Shown piece by piece: positions 9,700 through 20,797 of a DNA stretch of 64,000 bases. The stretch is from an uncultured Thermoplasmata archaeon. GTDB taxonomy: Archaea > Thermoplasmatota > Thermoplasmata > Lutacidiplasmatales > UBA184. The stretch's first letter is position 1. Each line of letters begins with the position of its first letter. The notes under the pieces were generated by a model. The model was given only the letters and a program-made list of their open reading frames with translations, had not been told where the DNA came from and did no database searches. A program made the position numbers and the translations under genes. The stretch is taken from the NCBI GenBank assembly GCA_963696985.1, contig CAVOMG010000001.1, positions 299,024 to 363,023 of the forward strand, read 5' to 3'.

Positions 9700-10200
9700 A
9701 TGTCGCCCTCCGCTAAACAAGTTGCGCCGGGCCGCCGCGGGCCAGGGTCCGGCCGGGTTTCGAGCGAGTCCAACGCCCCGCCTCGCGCGCCCCCTTCGGC
9801 CCCGGATGCCCGACTCAGCACCCTCCTCGAAGACCTCCCGCCTGAGCTCCGTCCGATCGCGGACCAGCTGAGGTCGACGGTCCGATCGTGCGCCCCCGAA
9901 CTCGTCGAAGCCGTGAAGTGGGGCAACCCGGTTTGGACGGGACGTTCGAACGTCCTCTGTCTGATGGCCTATCCGGCGCATCTCAACCTCGGCTTCTTCC
10001 GAGGGGCCGAGCTGGCCGCCGGTTTCCCTGAGGTCACGGGGACCGGGGCTTCGATGCGACATGTTCGACTGTCTACCGTCGAACTCGCGGCCTCCCCCGG
10101 GATCCGCCGGATGATCCGGGCGGCGGTCCGCCTCGACGCCAAACCGGACCCATCTATCGGCGGTCCGGCGTTCGGCCGATCGGGCGGTTCGATCAGATGA
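9700..10200 (+). CDS. DUF1801 (YdhG-like) domain protein.
   Basis: The motif VKWGNPVWTGRSNVLCLMAYPAHLNLGFFRGAEL matches the DUF1801 core. Confidence 0.65.
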   Translation: MSPSAKQVAPGRRGPGSGRVSSESNAPPRAPPSAPDARLSTLLEDLPPELRPIADQLRSTVRSCAPELVEAVKWGNPVWTGRSNVLCLMAYPAHLNLGFFRGAELAAGFPEVTGTGASMRHVRLSTVELAASPGIRRMIRAAVRLDAKPDPSIGGPAFGRSGGSIR

Positions 10201-12209
10201 GCCGGGCCCCGCACGCCGGGCAGAACGCGACGCCGCTGTTGGGGATCAACTGGCCACAGCGGCCGCATCGGACGAGGTGGTCGGTCGATGGGGCGAGGAC
10301 CACTGTGGGCGGGGGTGGCGCGGGGGCCGGACCCGGTCTCGGCGAGGAACGAGAAGGGAGGGGCGCGGCGGCGGGCGTGGGGGCGGCCGAGCGCGGCGCG
10401 CCCGGCGCGGGCGCGCGGTAAGGCGGCGCGGGGGCCCCGGGCGGTGGGGGGGCCGCGGGCGCCATTCGCATCTGCATCCCGAGGGGATTCGCCTGAGCGT
10501 GGCTCAGGGGCCATTGAGGCGCGTACGGGCTGCCGATGATCGCCTTCGCTTGGGCGATGGTGACGGCGGCAAAGGCTGTTCGGGGTCGGCGTCCGGCCGT
10601 CGTGTATTGGAAGATGAACGTCGAGCGCTGTCCCTGGAACGACGCCGGGGAAAGATAGTCCCAGGCGACCCGGGTGTCGCCTCCGCGGCGGCCGAACAAG
10701 ATCCCCCCCGGTGCGATCCCGACTCGGTAGATCTGGTTCTGGCGGTTCACGACCACCGTCAGCCCGGCGATCACCGCCACAAAGAGGAGGACGAAGATGA
10801 GGAAGACCGCGAGGCTCGCGGCGGAGCTCCCACTTCCGAGGAGGGCGAGGGGCAAGACGACGACCAGGACGAAGACGGCCATCATGACGGCGAGGAACGC
10901 CTGTCGGGCCCGGGGCGGTTGGCCCTCGACCCATTGGACCGGTTCGCTCGGTGTGAGGGAGAACCCCTGGGTCTGGTGGCGTAGTCGCCAACGCTGGGAG
11001 AGGAACGAGGCCCCGAGGATCAAGGCGAAGAGGACCGTGAGGAAGAGGAGGAGGACCCCGACGAAGACGATCGGGGGCGTGTTCCCCGGCGGGTTGAGGA
11101 TCAGTTCCCAGCTGCCGCCCGAGTAGGTCCACGTGCCGGTGAAATCCCCGGAAGCCCCCACGCCGGAGAACAGGACGACGACCGAGTCCGTACCATCATA
11201 AGCGATCTCGGCGGCGTAGCGGGCTTCCGGCGGGTTCGAGGTCGCCAGCGCGGCCCACCCGTGCGGTCCGAACGTCCAAGTGTCCCCGTAGGTACGCCCC
11301 ATTGTCGTACCCGCCGAGGAGCAGGAGGTAACCGTCGGCCGGGTCGTAGACGGCCTGAGCGTCTCGCCGAACCGAGGGCGCCGAAATCTGAGCGGCGCTC
11401 AGATCGGTCCAGTTCGCTTTCGAGTACGCCCAGGTGTCGGCGAGCAGTCCGTTCGACGAGGCCCCGCCGAAAAGGATCGACTCACCCAGGGCGGGATCGT
11501 AGACGAAGGCGGCGGAGTTCCGCGGGGGCGGCGAAAGCCGTCCGGGGAGGGGGGTCGCATCGGACCACACCCCGCCCCGGAACGTCCAGGTGTCGTTCAT
11601 CCCCTTCGCCCCATTGCCACCGCCGTCGCCGCCGAACAGGACGATCGAACCGTTGCCGGTCGGATCGTAGATCATCGAGGCGGATGCTCGCGCGGGGGGG
11701 GAGGCGTTGAGCTTGGGGGTCAGATCGGACCAATGCCCGTTCCCGAAGACCCAGGTGTCGCCGAGGGCGGGCACGCACTGGGGATTCGAGCATCCTCCGA
11801 AGAGCACGAGCTCGTGGTCCGCCGCATCCCACGCCATCGCCGCCGCGTACCGGGGCGGTGGTTCGATCGAGAGGGTCGGGGTCAGGTTCGTCCAATTGCC
11901 GCCCCTGAACTCCCAGGTCGTTCCGAGGGTATCCTGGTAGACGTCCTGGCCGCCGAACATCACGAGGTAGCCATCGGAGGCATCGAACGCCATCGCGCCG
12001 AACACCGTCGGCGGCGGGGTCACCCCGTTCGAGCGCAGGAACGGCTCGAGCTGGGCCAGGGTCGAAGAGGGCCGGGCCGCCGCCGCTCCCATCGAAAGCG
12101 CCCCGATCGGGAGGGCGAACAGGGCGATCGCCAGGAGCGCGCCGATCGCGCCCCCGCGATCGAAGGAGCCACCCGACCGACGCGCATACGGATCGGCCCC
12201 GCGCCTCAT
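10193..12209 (-). CDS. Membrane-anchored Kelch-repeat (beta-propeller) protein with a central TM block, a Pro-rich linker and a C-terminal zinc ribbon. Split by a frameshift near 11300.
   Basis: Repeated Kelch motifs DTWEFRGGNWTNL, DTWVFGNGHWSDL, DTWTFRGGVWSD, DTWAYSKANWTDL in ORF 11196..12266 continue as DTWTFGPHGWAAL / GTWTYSGGSW at the start of ORF 10193..11302. After these come 3-4 TM helices, a PPPPGAPAPP linker and CGRCGQLIPNSGVAFCPACGARLI. The start ATG 12209 overlaps the stop of the upstream gene. Confidence 0.6.
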
Positions 12210-12940
12210 GCGGCGACCTCGGCCACGAGCTCGGGGGGGAGGATTGGAGCTCCGCATCGCGGGCACTTCGGCGGATCGCTCTCGATGCGGCGGACGTCGA
12301 TCAGGCTGTTGCAGTACTGGCAGGTGACCATGTACTCGCGCGCGCGGTCGAACAGCGCCTGGCGGACGCGCGTCCGTCGGGCCTGGGCGAGGAGGATCGA
12401 GAACCCATCCTGTAGGAAAGCGTAGACCTGAGGGGTGTTCGGGAGGTCGGACCAGACGAGCTTGACCGTCCGGTGGAGGCTCAGGATCGCGGATGGGTTC
12501 CGGACGATCCCGCTATCGAAGGTGATCTTCCCCGTCCCGCTCCCGTCCTGGGTCAAGTTGTGCACGGCGTCCACGTTGATCTCCTGGAACGTCCGGCTCC
12601 GAAGCCCGGAGGTCGAGAGGACCCGGCGATCGGTGAGCGCATACGCGCTCCCCCACCACGCGAAGATCGTCCAAAGGATCAGGAAGATCATGAGCCCGTC
12701 GAAGAACTCCGTCGCCGGGTCGTCGGGGATCGCCGTCGTCGCCGCGATGAAGAGCAAGAGGAGCAGGATGTAGATCGTCATCCGGCCCCAGTAGCGCGTG
12801 AGGAAACTCGGGCGCGTCTCGAACAGGACGCTCTCGCCGCGGTAGACGTATCGACGCGGGAAGACTCCCGAGGTTTGGCACGGTGGCAGTTCGCTGGCGA
12901 GCGCGGTCAACGTCTGAGGCCGTTCCGGGGTCGCGGCCAT
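12206..12940 (-). CDS. bPH_2 / DUF304 (YdbT-like) membrane protein with a C-terminal zinc ribbon.
   Basis: YVYRGESVLFETRPS plus two TM helices matches the bacterial PH/DUF304 topology. C-terminus CQYCNSLIDV...CPRCGAPI. Translationally coupled (ATGA) to the Kelch gene. Confidence 0.6.
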   Translation of the reverse strand: MAATPERPQTLTALASELPPCQTSGVFPRRYVYRGESVLFETRPSFLTRYWGRMTIYILLLLLFIAATTAIPDDPATEFFDGLMIFLILWTIFAWWGSAYALTDRRVLSTSGLRSRTFQEINVDAVHNLTQDGSGTGKITFDSGIVRNPSAILSLHRTVKLVWSDLPNTPQVYAFLQDGFSILLAQARRTRVRQALFDRAREYMVTCQYCNSLIDVRRIESDPPKCPRCGAPILPPELVAEVAA

Positions 12941-13047
12941 CGAAGCGAACGCTCCTCAGTTGGGGCGGTGCTCGTCGACGGCCGGCTTTCGGAAGGGCTC
13001 AGGGACCCGGAGGCACGGACACGGGATCGGGCGTGGAGTGTTCGCGT

Positions 13048-13716
13048 TCAATCGAATCCGACCGTCCGGGGGCCTAGGTCCGGGGCGCCGTTCACATCTG
13101 CTTTTCGAAATCGAGGATCGTCGCGAAGATCGCGGAGTAAAGGTGGTTCGTCCCGGGGTCGAGGCTCGAGCTGCCAGACGTCGCGGATCGCCAGGATCTT
13201 GTGCCGGACCTTCCCGAGCTCGGCGCCGTTCGCCCCGACGATGGTGTACTTCCTTCGCATGATGTTCCCCTTCGACGACATCAGCTGGGAACCGTCCGGG
13301 GCGACCCACGCGGCTTTGAGGCCTCCCATCAGGCTACGCCGCATGTCGATGTGCCCGAAGCTGCCCCCGGTGACGGCGTCGACGACCTGGAAGATCGAAG
13401 CGTTCCCCCCCTTCCCCTTGCGGATGTGCATCGCGAGATTCCCCTGCGCGTCCTTCACTTCGTATTCGTACTCCCGTCGCCGCGCGGCCCAACGGCCGAC
13501 GTAGCCTCCGGCCACCTGGGAGACCGCACTCGCGACGACCGCCCCGGTCACGTTCTGCGAGGCATCGAGGCTGATCGTGCCGAGGACCTGCTGGTTCGAG
13601 TCCATGATCGAGTAGTTCTTTCCGAGGGACATGATGGCCATTTTCATCAACAGTGTCGACTGGCCATCGAGCGAGCTCACGAGATTCTGTGCTGCCGGGT
13701 TCATCGTCGCGGCCAT
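13048..13716 (-). CDS. LURP-one-related / Tubby C-terminal-like (scramblase-like, DUF567) protein.
   Basis: Two repeated halves typical of the LOR fold (SLGKNYSIMDSNQQVLGTI... and ...MRRKYTIVGANGAELGKVRHKILAIRDVWQLE). Confidence 0.55.
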   Translation of the reverse strand: MAATMNPAAQNLVSSLDGQSTLLMKMAIMSLGKNYSIMDSNQQVLGTISLDASQNVTGAVVASAVSQVAGGYVGRWAARRREYEYEVKDAQGNLAMHIRKGKGGNASIFQVVDAVTGGSFGHIDMRRSLMGGLKAAWVAPDGSQLMSSKGNIMRRKYTIVGANGAELGKVRHKILAIRDVWQLEPRPRDEPPLLRDLRDDPRFRKADVNGAPDLGPRTVGFD

Positions 13717-13962
13717 GGCGCTCGAGAGCCTTTTCGTGGTTTTAGGTTGTCGAATCATCAAGGGCGCCGGACCCGGAGCGAGGGCGACGGGCCCTCGCCC
13801 CGCGGCGTTATCTAACTGCGTGCCCATCTCGCTAAAGGCGATTCATCTGAGAGCGTTCGGTCGATCGGCCCGAGCCGCGCTCAAGCGCTCGCCAACCCCC
13901 CGGCTCCCTGAACGGAATCGCTCCTCCTCGAGGGATGCTCCCCCGTCGAATCGAGGCGACCG

Positions 13963-14547
13963 ATGAGCGAAGCCACGGGCCCCCCGAAGATCGCGTCGAG
14001 CGGCCCCGAGGAGCTGGCGACACTGGGGGGCGGTTGCTTCTGGTGCACCGAGGCGGTCTTCTCCGACCTGAAGGGCGTCACGGAGGTCCTTCCGGGATAC
14101 AGCGGGGGCCGGACCCAAGATCCGACCTACGAGCAGGTCTGCGACGGCGAGACCGGCCACGCCGAAGTCGTCCAGGTGCGCTTCGATCCGTCGGTGATCA
14201 ACTTCCACGACCTCCTTTCGATTTTTTTCACGGTCCACGACCCGACGACCCCGAACCGGCAGGGGAACGACGTCGGCACCCAATACCGATCGATCATCCT
14301 TTTCCACAGCCCCACGCAAGAGTCGACCGCACGCGCGGTCATCCGGGAGATCGAGGAGGCGGGGCTGTGGCGGGGTCGGATCGTGACGGAGGTCACGCCG
14401 TTCGCCAAGTTCTATCCGGCCGAATCCTACCACCGCGAATACTACCGGCTCAACCCCGAGCGATCGTACTGCCAAGTGATCATCGCCCCGAAGGTCGCGA
14501 AGTTCCGCAAGAAATTCGCGGACCGGCTGCGCTCGGCTCCCGCCTGA
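13963..14547 (+). CDS. msrA: Peptide methionine sulfoxide reductase A.
   Basis: GGGCFWCTEAVF active-site motif and the full MsrA fold. Confidence 0.9.
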   Translation: MSEATGPPKIASSGPEELATLGGGCFWCTEAVFSDLKGVTEVLPGYSGGRTQDPTYEQVCDGETGHAEVVQVRFDPSVINFHDLLSIFFTVHDPTTPNRQGNDVGTQYRSIILFHSPTQESTARAVIREIEEAGLWRGRIVTEVTPFAKFYPAESYHREYYRLNPERSYCQVIIAPKVAKFRKKFADRLRSAPA

Positions 14548-14639
14548 CCTAGACCCGCCCCAACCTCTCGGCACGATCATGGGCGTCACCTTCAAGCGCG
14601 GGCCGCCGCTCGCCCCGGCAATCGGAGGACCCACGCTCG

Positions 14640-15098
14640 ATGCCGCGATCCCGGAATCCTAAGCTCCCGAGAACCAATTCGAACGACCTCGGCCGCGACC
14701 CCGAGGTCGACGCCGTCGCTTCCCTCGGGGAGGCTTTCGAGGAGGCGTGCGAGCACGTGGCCCGCGATCCGAAGTTCGCGTCGATCCGACTCGGGCCTGC
14801 CGTCGAGATCCCGATGTCCCGGCTTTGGCCCGGGGAACTCGGGTGGGAGCGGTCATTCGCGGGTCCGAACACCGACGGGGGCGCGACCCTCCTCGGCGTG
14901 CTCCTGCCCGGTTCGATCCAAGACCGGGCCGCCACCGAACTCCCCCTCCCGGAGACGACGAAAGCGGAGTATCGCCATCTCGAGGTGCTCTCGGGGCCAC
15001 CGTGGCGGATCGTGGCCGCGCGGGCCCGACCCGGAGCCCGCGTCGGGCCGCTGAGGGAGTTCGCAGAGGCCGTAGCGCGGGAGCTTCGCTCGGAGTGA
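14640..15098 (+). CDS. Hypothetical protein.
   Basis: ORF with reasonable codon usage lying between msrA and acs. No family recognised. Confidence 0.35.
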   Translation: MPRSRNPKLPRTNSNDLGRDPEVDAVASLGEAFEEACEHVARDPKFASIRLGPAVEIPMSRLWPGELGWERSFAGPNTDGGATLLGVLLPGSIQDRAATELPLPETTKAEYRHLEVLSGPPWRIVAARARPGARVGPLREFAEAVARELRSE

Positions 15099-15107
15099 GC
15101 CTTCGGG

Positions 15108-17216
15108 ATGTCTGCCCGAAAGGGAACGGGCTCCCGCAGGGCCGCGAGCGCTCGTCCGGCCGACTCCGGTGAACCGGAAGGCTCTGGGGCGGCCAGCGAA
15201 GCGGAGATCGCGGTTCACTGGAAGGAGGAGCGGCTCCTCGAACCTCCGAAGGGGCTCTCCGATACGATGCGCGCCGAGGATCAGACGATCCGGGAGCGGT
15301 TCCGCTCGGTCGGCTTCCCGGAATGCTTCCAGGAGTACGCGAACCTCCTCAGCCTGGGACCGGGCGCCCGACCGCACCCTCGACGACAGCCGGCCCCCCT
15401 TCTACCGGTGGTTCCCCGGGGGCCTCTTGAACGCCTCCTCGAACTGCCTCGACCGCCACCTCGCCAAGCGGTCGGACCAGCCCGCGCTCCTCTTCGTGCC
15501 GGAGCCCGAATCCGAATCGGTCGAGACCTGGACGTACCGAGCGCTCTCGGATCGGGTCAACGCGACCGCAGCGTGCCTTCTCGACCGGCTCGAGCTCAAG
15601 CCCGGCGATCGGGTGACCTTGCATATGCCGATGACCCCGGATTTTCCGGTCACGATGCTCGCCTGCGCGCGGCTCGGCGTGGTCCACTCGGTCGTCTTCG
15701 GTGGGTTCAGCGGGGAGGCTTGCGGACAACGGATCGCGGACTCGGGAAGCCGGGTCCTCATCACGACGGACGGTTACTGGAGGAACGGGCAGCTCCACGA
15801 CCATCGGAAGGCGGCCGACGTTGCCGTGGCGACGGCCGAGCGGGCCGGCCAACGCGTGGAGCAGGTCCTGGTCTGGCAGCGGTACCCGGGTCGGAGTTCG
15901 TCGAAGGCGACCCAAGTCCCGGGACGGGACCTCCTGCTCAACGAGGCGATCGAACCGTATCTCGGCCGGCGCGTTCCGCCGGTCCCGATGCCGTCCGAGG
16001 CGCCCCTGTTCCTGATGTACACGAGCGGGACGACCGGGCGCCCCAAGGGCGCCCAGCACAGCACCGGGGGCTACCTCTCGTATGTGGCGGCGACCACCCG
16101 GATGGTCCTCGATGTCCACCCGGGCGACATCTACTGGTGTCTGGCCGATATCGGCTGGATCACCGGTCATTCCTACATCGTCTACGGCCCGCTCGCCCTC
16201 GGCGCGACGACGGTGCTCTACGAAGGCGTGCCGGCGTATCCCGACGCCGGTCGCCCGTGGCGGATCGCCGAGCGCCTCGGCGTCCGGATCTTCCACACTT
16301 CGCCGACGGCGATCCGCCAGCTTCGCAAGCTGGGTCCCGATGAGCCCCGCAAACACCACCACGACTTTCGGGTGATGGCGACGGTCGGAGAGCCGATCGA
16401 GCCCGAGACGTGGCGATGGTACTACGAGGAGGTAGGACACGGCTCCGCGGCGATCGTCGACACGTGGTGGCAGACCGAGACCGGTGGGATACTCTGCTCG
16501 ACGCTCCCCGGCCTCGATCCGATGAAACCAGGGAGCGCCGGCCCGCCGCTACCGGGGATCTCGCCCGCGATCCTCGACGACCGGGGGGAGGAGGTAGCGG
16601 CGGGGAGCGGCCGGGCCGGCAACCTCGTGATCCGGGCGCCGTGGCCGGGCCTGATGCAGACGATCTGGGGGGACCCTGATCGGTTCGTCTCGACCTACTT
16701 CGCCCGCTACAATCCGGACCCGAAGAGCCGGGATTGGAAGGATTGGCCGTACCTTACCGGCGACGGCGCGACCCGATCCGCCGACGGGTACCTCCGGATC
16801 CTGGGCCGTCTCGATGACGTCATCAACGTGGCCGGACACCGGCTCGGCACCAAGGAGATCGAATCCGCCTGCCTCACGGTCCCCGGAGTAGCGGAGGCCG
16901 CGGTCGTGCCGGTCGCCGACCCGATCAAGGGGCGAGTTCCCGAAGTTTACGTGTCGCTCAAGGGAGGCGCCGGCCCCCGGAAGCGATTCGGCGGGCGGTC
17001 GCACGCGCCATCGAAAGTTCGATCGGGAAGATCGCTCGGCCCAAAGCGATCCGCGTGGTCGAGGAGATGCCGAAGACCCGCTCGGGGAAGATCATGCGAA
17101 GGGTGCTCGCGGCGATCTCGAACGGACGGCCGCCGGGCGACGTGACCACCCTCGCTGATCCGGCCGTGGTCGACGCCATCCGCCGTCAGGTCCAGCCTGC
17201 GGCTGAGACCAAGTAA
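15108..17216 (+). CDS. acs: Acetyl-CoA synthetase (AMP-forming). Two frameshifts (~15378 and ~16970) split it into ORFs 15108.., 15169..17145 and a third frame.
   Basis: PPFYRWF, YTSGTTGRPKG, WQTETGG, PKTRSGKIMRR motifs. The N-terminus (...LLEPPKGL...FPECFQEYANLLSLGP) is in a different frame, and the true C-terminus ...EAIRRAVARAIESSIGKIARPKAIRVVEEMPKTRSGKIMRRVLAAIS... ends at TAA 17214-17216. Confidence 0.85.
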
Positions 17217-17319
17217 GCCCCGAAGGGTAGGAGGCGATCCGGATGAGCCCGGCCCGACCGAGATGGCCCTCTGGGAAACCGGCCTCCGCGTTAGATCGGA
17301 CCACCCCAAGAGAGCGACG

Positions 17320-18181
17320 ATGACGTCGGGACCCGCCGAAGGAGCGCTCGACCTCACCCATGGGATCGGCTCATCGGTGGAGATCCGGCTGGGGGTCCGG
17401 ATGCCCGTGCTCGGCCTAGGCGTCTGGCAATTGCCGGCAGGACGGCCCACTCAGGAGGCGGTGAAGGCCGCCCTCGATACAGGCTACCGGCTGATCGACA
17501 CCGCGGCGCTCTACGGAAACGAGCGTGACGTCGGGGAAGCGGTCCGTTCCTCCGGGATCCCGCGCGACGAGGTGTTCATCACCACCAAGCTCTGGAACGA
17601 CGACCAGGGCTACGATTCTGCCCTGCGGGCGTTCGAGCGGAGCCGTCGGGCCCTGGGCGTAGAGGTCGTCGACCTCTACCTCATCCATTGGCCCGTCCGG
17701 GGCCTCCGGGAGGAGAGCTGGAGGGCCCTCGGCGAGCTCGAGCGCAAGGGGGCGGTGCGCGCGATCGGGGTGAGCAACTTCACCGTCCAACACCTTGAGG
17801 AACTGGCCAAGAGCTCCTCGGTGGTCCCGGCCGTCGACCAGGTAGAGTTCTCGCCGTTCCTCTGCCAATCCGAGCTGCTCCAGCACGCCCGAACGCGGGG
17901 GATTCGAGCTGGAGGCGTACTCGCCGCTGGTCCGAGGGCAGCGCCTCGACGATCCGACGCTCACGGAGATCGCCCGCGCCCATGACCGAACGGCGGCCCA
18001 GGTGATCCTCCGATGGGACCTCCAGCGGGGCGTGATCCCGATCCCGAAATCCGGGAATCCCGACCGGATCCGGGAGAACGGCCGGATCTTCGACTTCGAG
18101 CTCTCCTCGGCGGAGCTCCGGAGGATCGATGCCCTGAACGTCGGACTCCGATTGGGCTGGAATCCCACTCGGTACCATTGA
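17320..18181 (+). CDS. Aldo/keto reductase (2,5-diketo-D-gluconate reductase-like). Frameshift at a G5 run near 17897.
   Basis: MPVLGLGVWQ, IDTAALYGNE, LYLIHWP motifs. The C-terminus ...GFELEAYSPLVRGQRLDDPTL...IPKSGNPDRIREN... is recovered in the other frame. Confidence 0.8.
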
Positions 18182-18209
18182 CTAGGTTCGGGCCATCCCG
18201 GTTCGCCCT

Positions 18210-18881
18210 TCACCGGGAAGGCGGTTTCGATCTCGGCGGTGCGTCCAGCGGCGAGAAGGGCCGGCGTCGAGCGACGCGACCGAAGAGGGTCCCGAGCCAG
18301 ATCAGTTCGCCGGCGAGCGGGAGCGCGATCCCCACGAGGACCGAGACCCCGAAGATCCCGATCCGCCGGAGGCTCTGGCCCTCGGCGCCCCGGATCCAGG
18401 CCTCGGGCAGGTCGGGGTCGACCAGATGGCGGTTCCGGGTCGCATGGCGCCAGATCGCGAACAGTAAGAGACCCGTGATCGCCTCGACGAGGCCGAATAG
18501 GCCCACCGCGATGATCGCCGAGGGGGCCCGGTCGAAGAGCGTGTTCGGCCCATAGGCGAACACCAACGCCAGGATGAAGGGAGTCACCGAGATCAGGAGA
18601 AGGAAGTAGGTGTTGAGGCGCATCAAGAGGAAGTCGTACCGCCGGATCGCCGAGAAGAGGCGGTGGTGTTCCCCCCACCAGCTCGCCACGACGATGAACG
18701 CAAGGGCGTAATCCAGCAGGCGGCTCTCCAGGGAACTCAGGTAGGACGCGATCGGCGGGACGGTGCCGGACTGGGTCACGGCCGGCAGGGCGAGGTTGAT
18801 GACGAGCAAGGTCATCGAGAAGGCAAAGACCCCGTCGCTCAGCGAGATGATCCGGCTCATGTCCGAGCCCTCGCCGCTCAT
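18210..18881 (-). CDS. DUF1211 / TMEM175-like potassium-channel-family membrane protein.
   Basis: The signature SDGVFAFSMTLLV near the N-terminus (RxxxFSDGVFAIAITLLV in TMEM175/DUF1211), followed by ~6 TM helices. Confidence 0.6.
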   Translation of the reverse strand: MSGEGSDMSRIISLSDGVFAFSMTLLVINLALPAVTQSGTVPPIASYLSSLESRLLDYALAFIVVASWWGEHHRLFSAIRRYDFLLMRLNTYFLLLISVTPFILALVFAYGPNTLFDRAPSAIIAVGLFGLVEAITGLLLFAIWRHATRNRHLVDPDLPEAWIRGAEGQSLRRIGIFGVSVLVGIALPLAGELIWLGTLFGRVARRRPFSPLDAPPRSKPPSR

Positions 18882-19065
18882 CCCTTCGTAGTGTGGGTTC
18901 GTCGAGGCGACCGCCCCCGCGCTCACCGGTGCTTTCCCCGAGGAGAGGGGGAGCACGGTCTCGGATAAGCGATGCCCACGAGCGGGTTCGACGCCGTAAG
19001 AACCGCGGACGGTTCTGCGGACGCGGGGGGAAGAACGCCCCCGACGTGCCTTCCCGAGTCGGAGC

Positions 19066-19656
19066 TCACGACGGAGCCACGCTCGAATAGACGGTGAACT
19101 GGTAGTTGCCGCTCAGGACGACCGATCCGACGTTCCAGATCACGATCTCCCAATCGGCGTTATTGTATTGGTGAAGGTTGGGGGTTTCGAGGAGCGCTCC
19201 GGTCGCGTTGGAACAGTTCGCGGAACTTCCCGGGAAGCACCAGAGCGGAACCATCGGACCTCCGGCGAGATACGAGGACCACCCTGAGGCCGTCCAGATC
19301 CCCGCGTAGACCCCGCAGGTGTTCGCGGGGGTGAACGAGTTCGCGCAGACCCCTGACTCGTTGAAGATCCCGTCGCGATAGGAGGTCCAAGAGAGCATGC
19401 TGAACGAACCGTCGACATACACCGTCGGGTCGTGGTCCGGCGGCGTGGGCACGGCAATGACCACCGAGTGGTTGACCCCGCCGAGCATGTCGCCCTGGTA
19501 GCTCGCCTGGTGCCAGACGAAGAGCAGCGTGGGCCCCGTCGAGGGATTCGAGGGGGTGGAGGCGGGGAGACCTGGGAGCCCGATGGCGACCAGGATCACC
19601 GCCATGACCGCGGCGCCCGTCAAGGCGATCGAGAGTCGTCGGAGCCGGACCGCCAT
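19066..19656 (-). CDS. Secreted/membrane-anchored hypothetical protein (Cys-containing, N-glyc sequons).
   Basis: N-terminal signal/TM (LSIALTGAAVMAVILVAIGL) and Ser/Thr/Asn-rich mature part. Confidence 0.45.
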   Translation of the reverse strand: MAVRLRRLSIALTGAAVMAVILVAIGLPGLPASTPSNPSTGPTLLFVWHQASYQGDMLGGVNHSVVIAVPTPPDHDPTVYVDGSFSMLSWTSYRDGIFNESGVCANSFTPANTCGVYAGIWTASGWSSYLAGGPMVPLWCFPGSSANCSNATGALLETPNLHQYNNADWEIVIWNVGSVVLSGNYQFTVYSSVAPS

Positions 19657-19847
19657 GGCTCTACGTCCTCAACCCCCTACATGCCGTAGGAGTGTTAAGC
19701 CTTCTCAGGGGTCGTCCCGTGCCCGAGCCCGCCAGGATTGGGTCATCTTTCGCCCCGTGCCCCGTGCCGGTTTGTCGCGGCGGCAGGTGCGACCACTGGT
19801 TCCTCCCACGTCAAGTATTCGGGGAAGGTTGGCGCACCTGACCTACT

Positions 19848-20685
19848 GTGGGAGCGGACCCGGAGCCGATCCTGATCACGGGAGGAAACGGGGCCATCGG
19901 ACTAGCGGCGGCACGTTCGTTGATCCGGGAAGGATCTCCCATCATCTTGTGGTCGCGAGAGCGCACTCGAGGCGAAGCGGCGCGCGCCACTCTGGTGACC
20001 GAGCGGCCGGGGGCCCGCGTGGAGCTGGTCATCGGGGACCTCGAGCTCGATGGCGTCGACGGGGACGGTAGCGGAGCAGGTCGCCGAATCGTACCCGAGG
20101 CTCCGCGGCGTGATCCACACGGCGGCGGTCTTGACCCGCCGTCGGGAGGAGACGGAGGAGGGACTCGAGCGGATGTTCGCGACGAACCTTCTCGCGCCTT
20201 TCCTGCTCACCCGGATCCTCCTCGACCGGCTCCCGCGTGAACGGTCGTTGCGCGTGGTCGTCTTGACCGCGCCCTCCACGACCCCCGTCGATCTTGACGA
20301 CCTTCAATCCATCCGCCGCTTCCGGTCCCTCAGTACGTTCGGCGCCACGAAGACCGCGGATCTGCTGTTCGTCTACGCCCTCGCTCGGCGGCTCTCGGGG
20401 AGCTCAAGGACCGCGAACGCGTTCTTCCCCGGCGTGGTGCGATCGAGCCTCCTGAAGGAGGCGCCCTGGGTGGTACGGGCCTTTTCGCGAGCGATCGGCT
20501 CGTCGGCCGACTCGGCGGGCGAATCGCTCGCCTGGCTCATGACCGGGGCGCCGCTCGCCCAGGCGAACGGGGCGTTCTTCGAAGGGACCCGTGTCGGATC
20601 GACCTCCGACTACACCCGCGACGCCGGGCCTCAGGAGCGGCTCTGGCATGAGAGCGAGCGCCTCCTCGCTCGTTTGGGCGTCTGA
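19848..20685 (+). CDS. Short-chain dehydrogenase/reductase (SDR), frameshifted near 20045.
   Basis: ILITGGNGAIGLAAARSL Rossmann motif in ORF 19848..20240. The catalytic part (FGATKTADLLF, Y-x3-K-like) is in ORF 20050..20685. Confidence 0.65.
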
Positions 20686-20797
20686 TTGAACCGGCTCGAG
20701 CGTTCGACCTGGCTCCTGGGCCCATCCTCGGGGTTGGGGACCGGGTCGCCGGAAAGCCCATAGGTCGTCGACGATTGGGCCGCAGGGGGTCATTCGG

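Noticed and set aside
9969-11132. 387-aa ORF in an alternative frame across the Kelch/TM gene.
   Set aside because: Pro/Arg/Gly-rich. The Kelch-TM-zinc-ribbon frame carries the conserved motifs.
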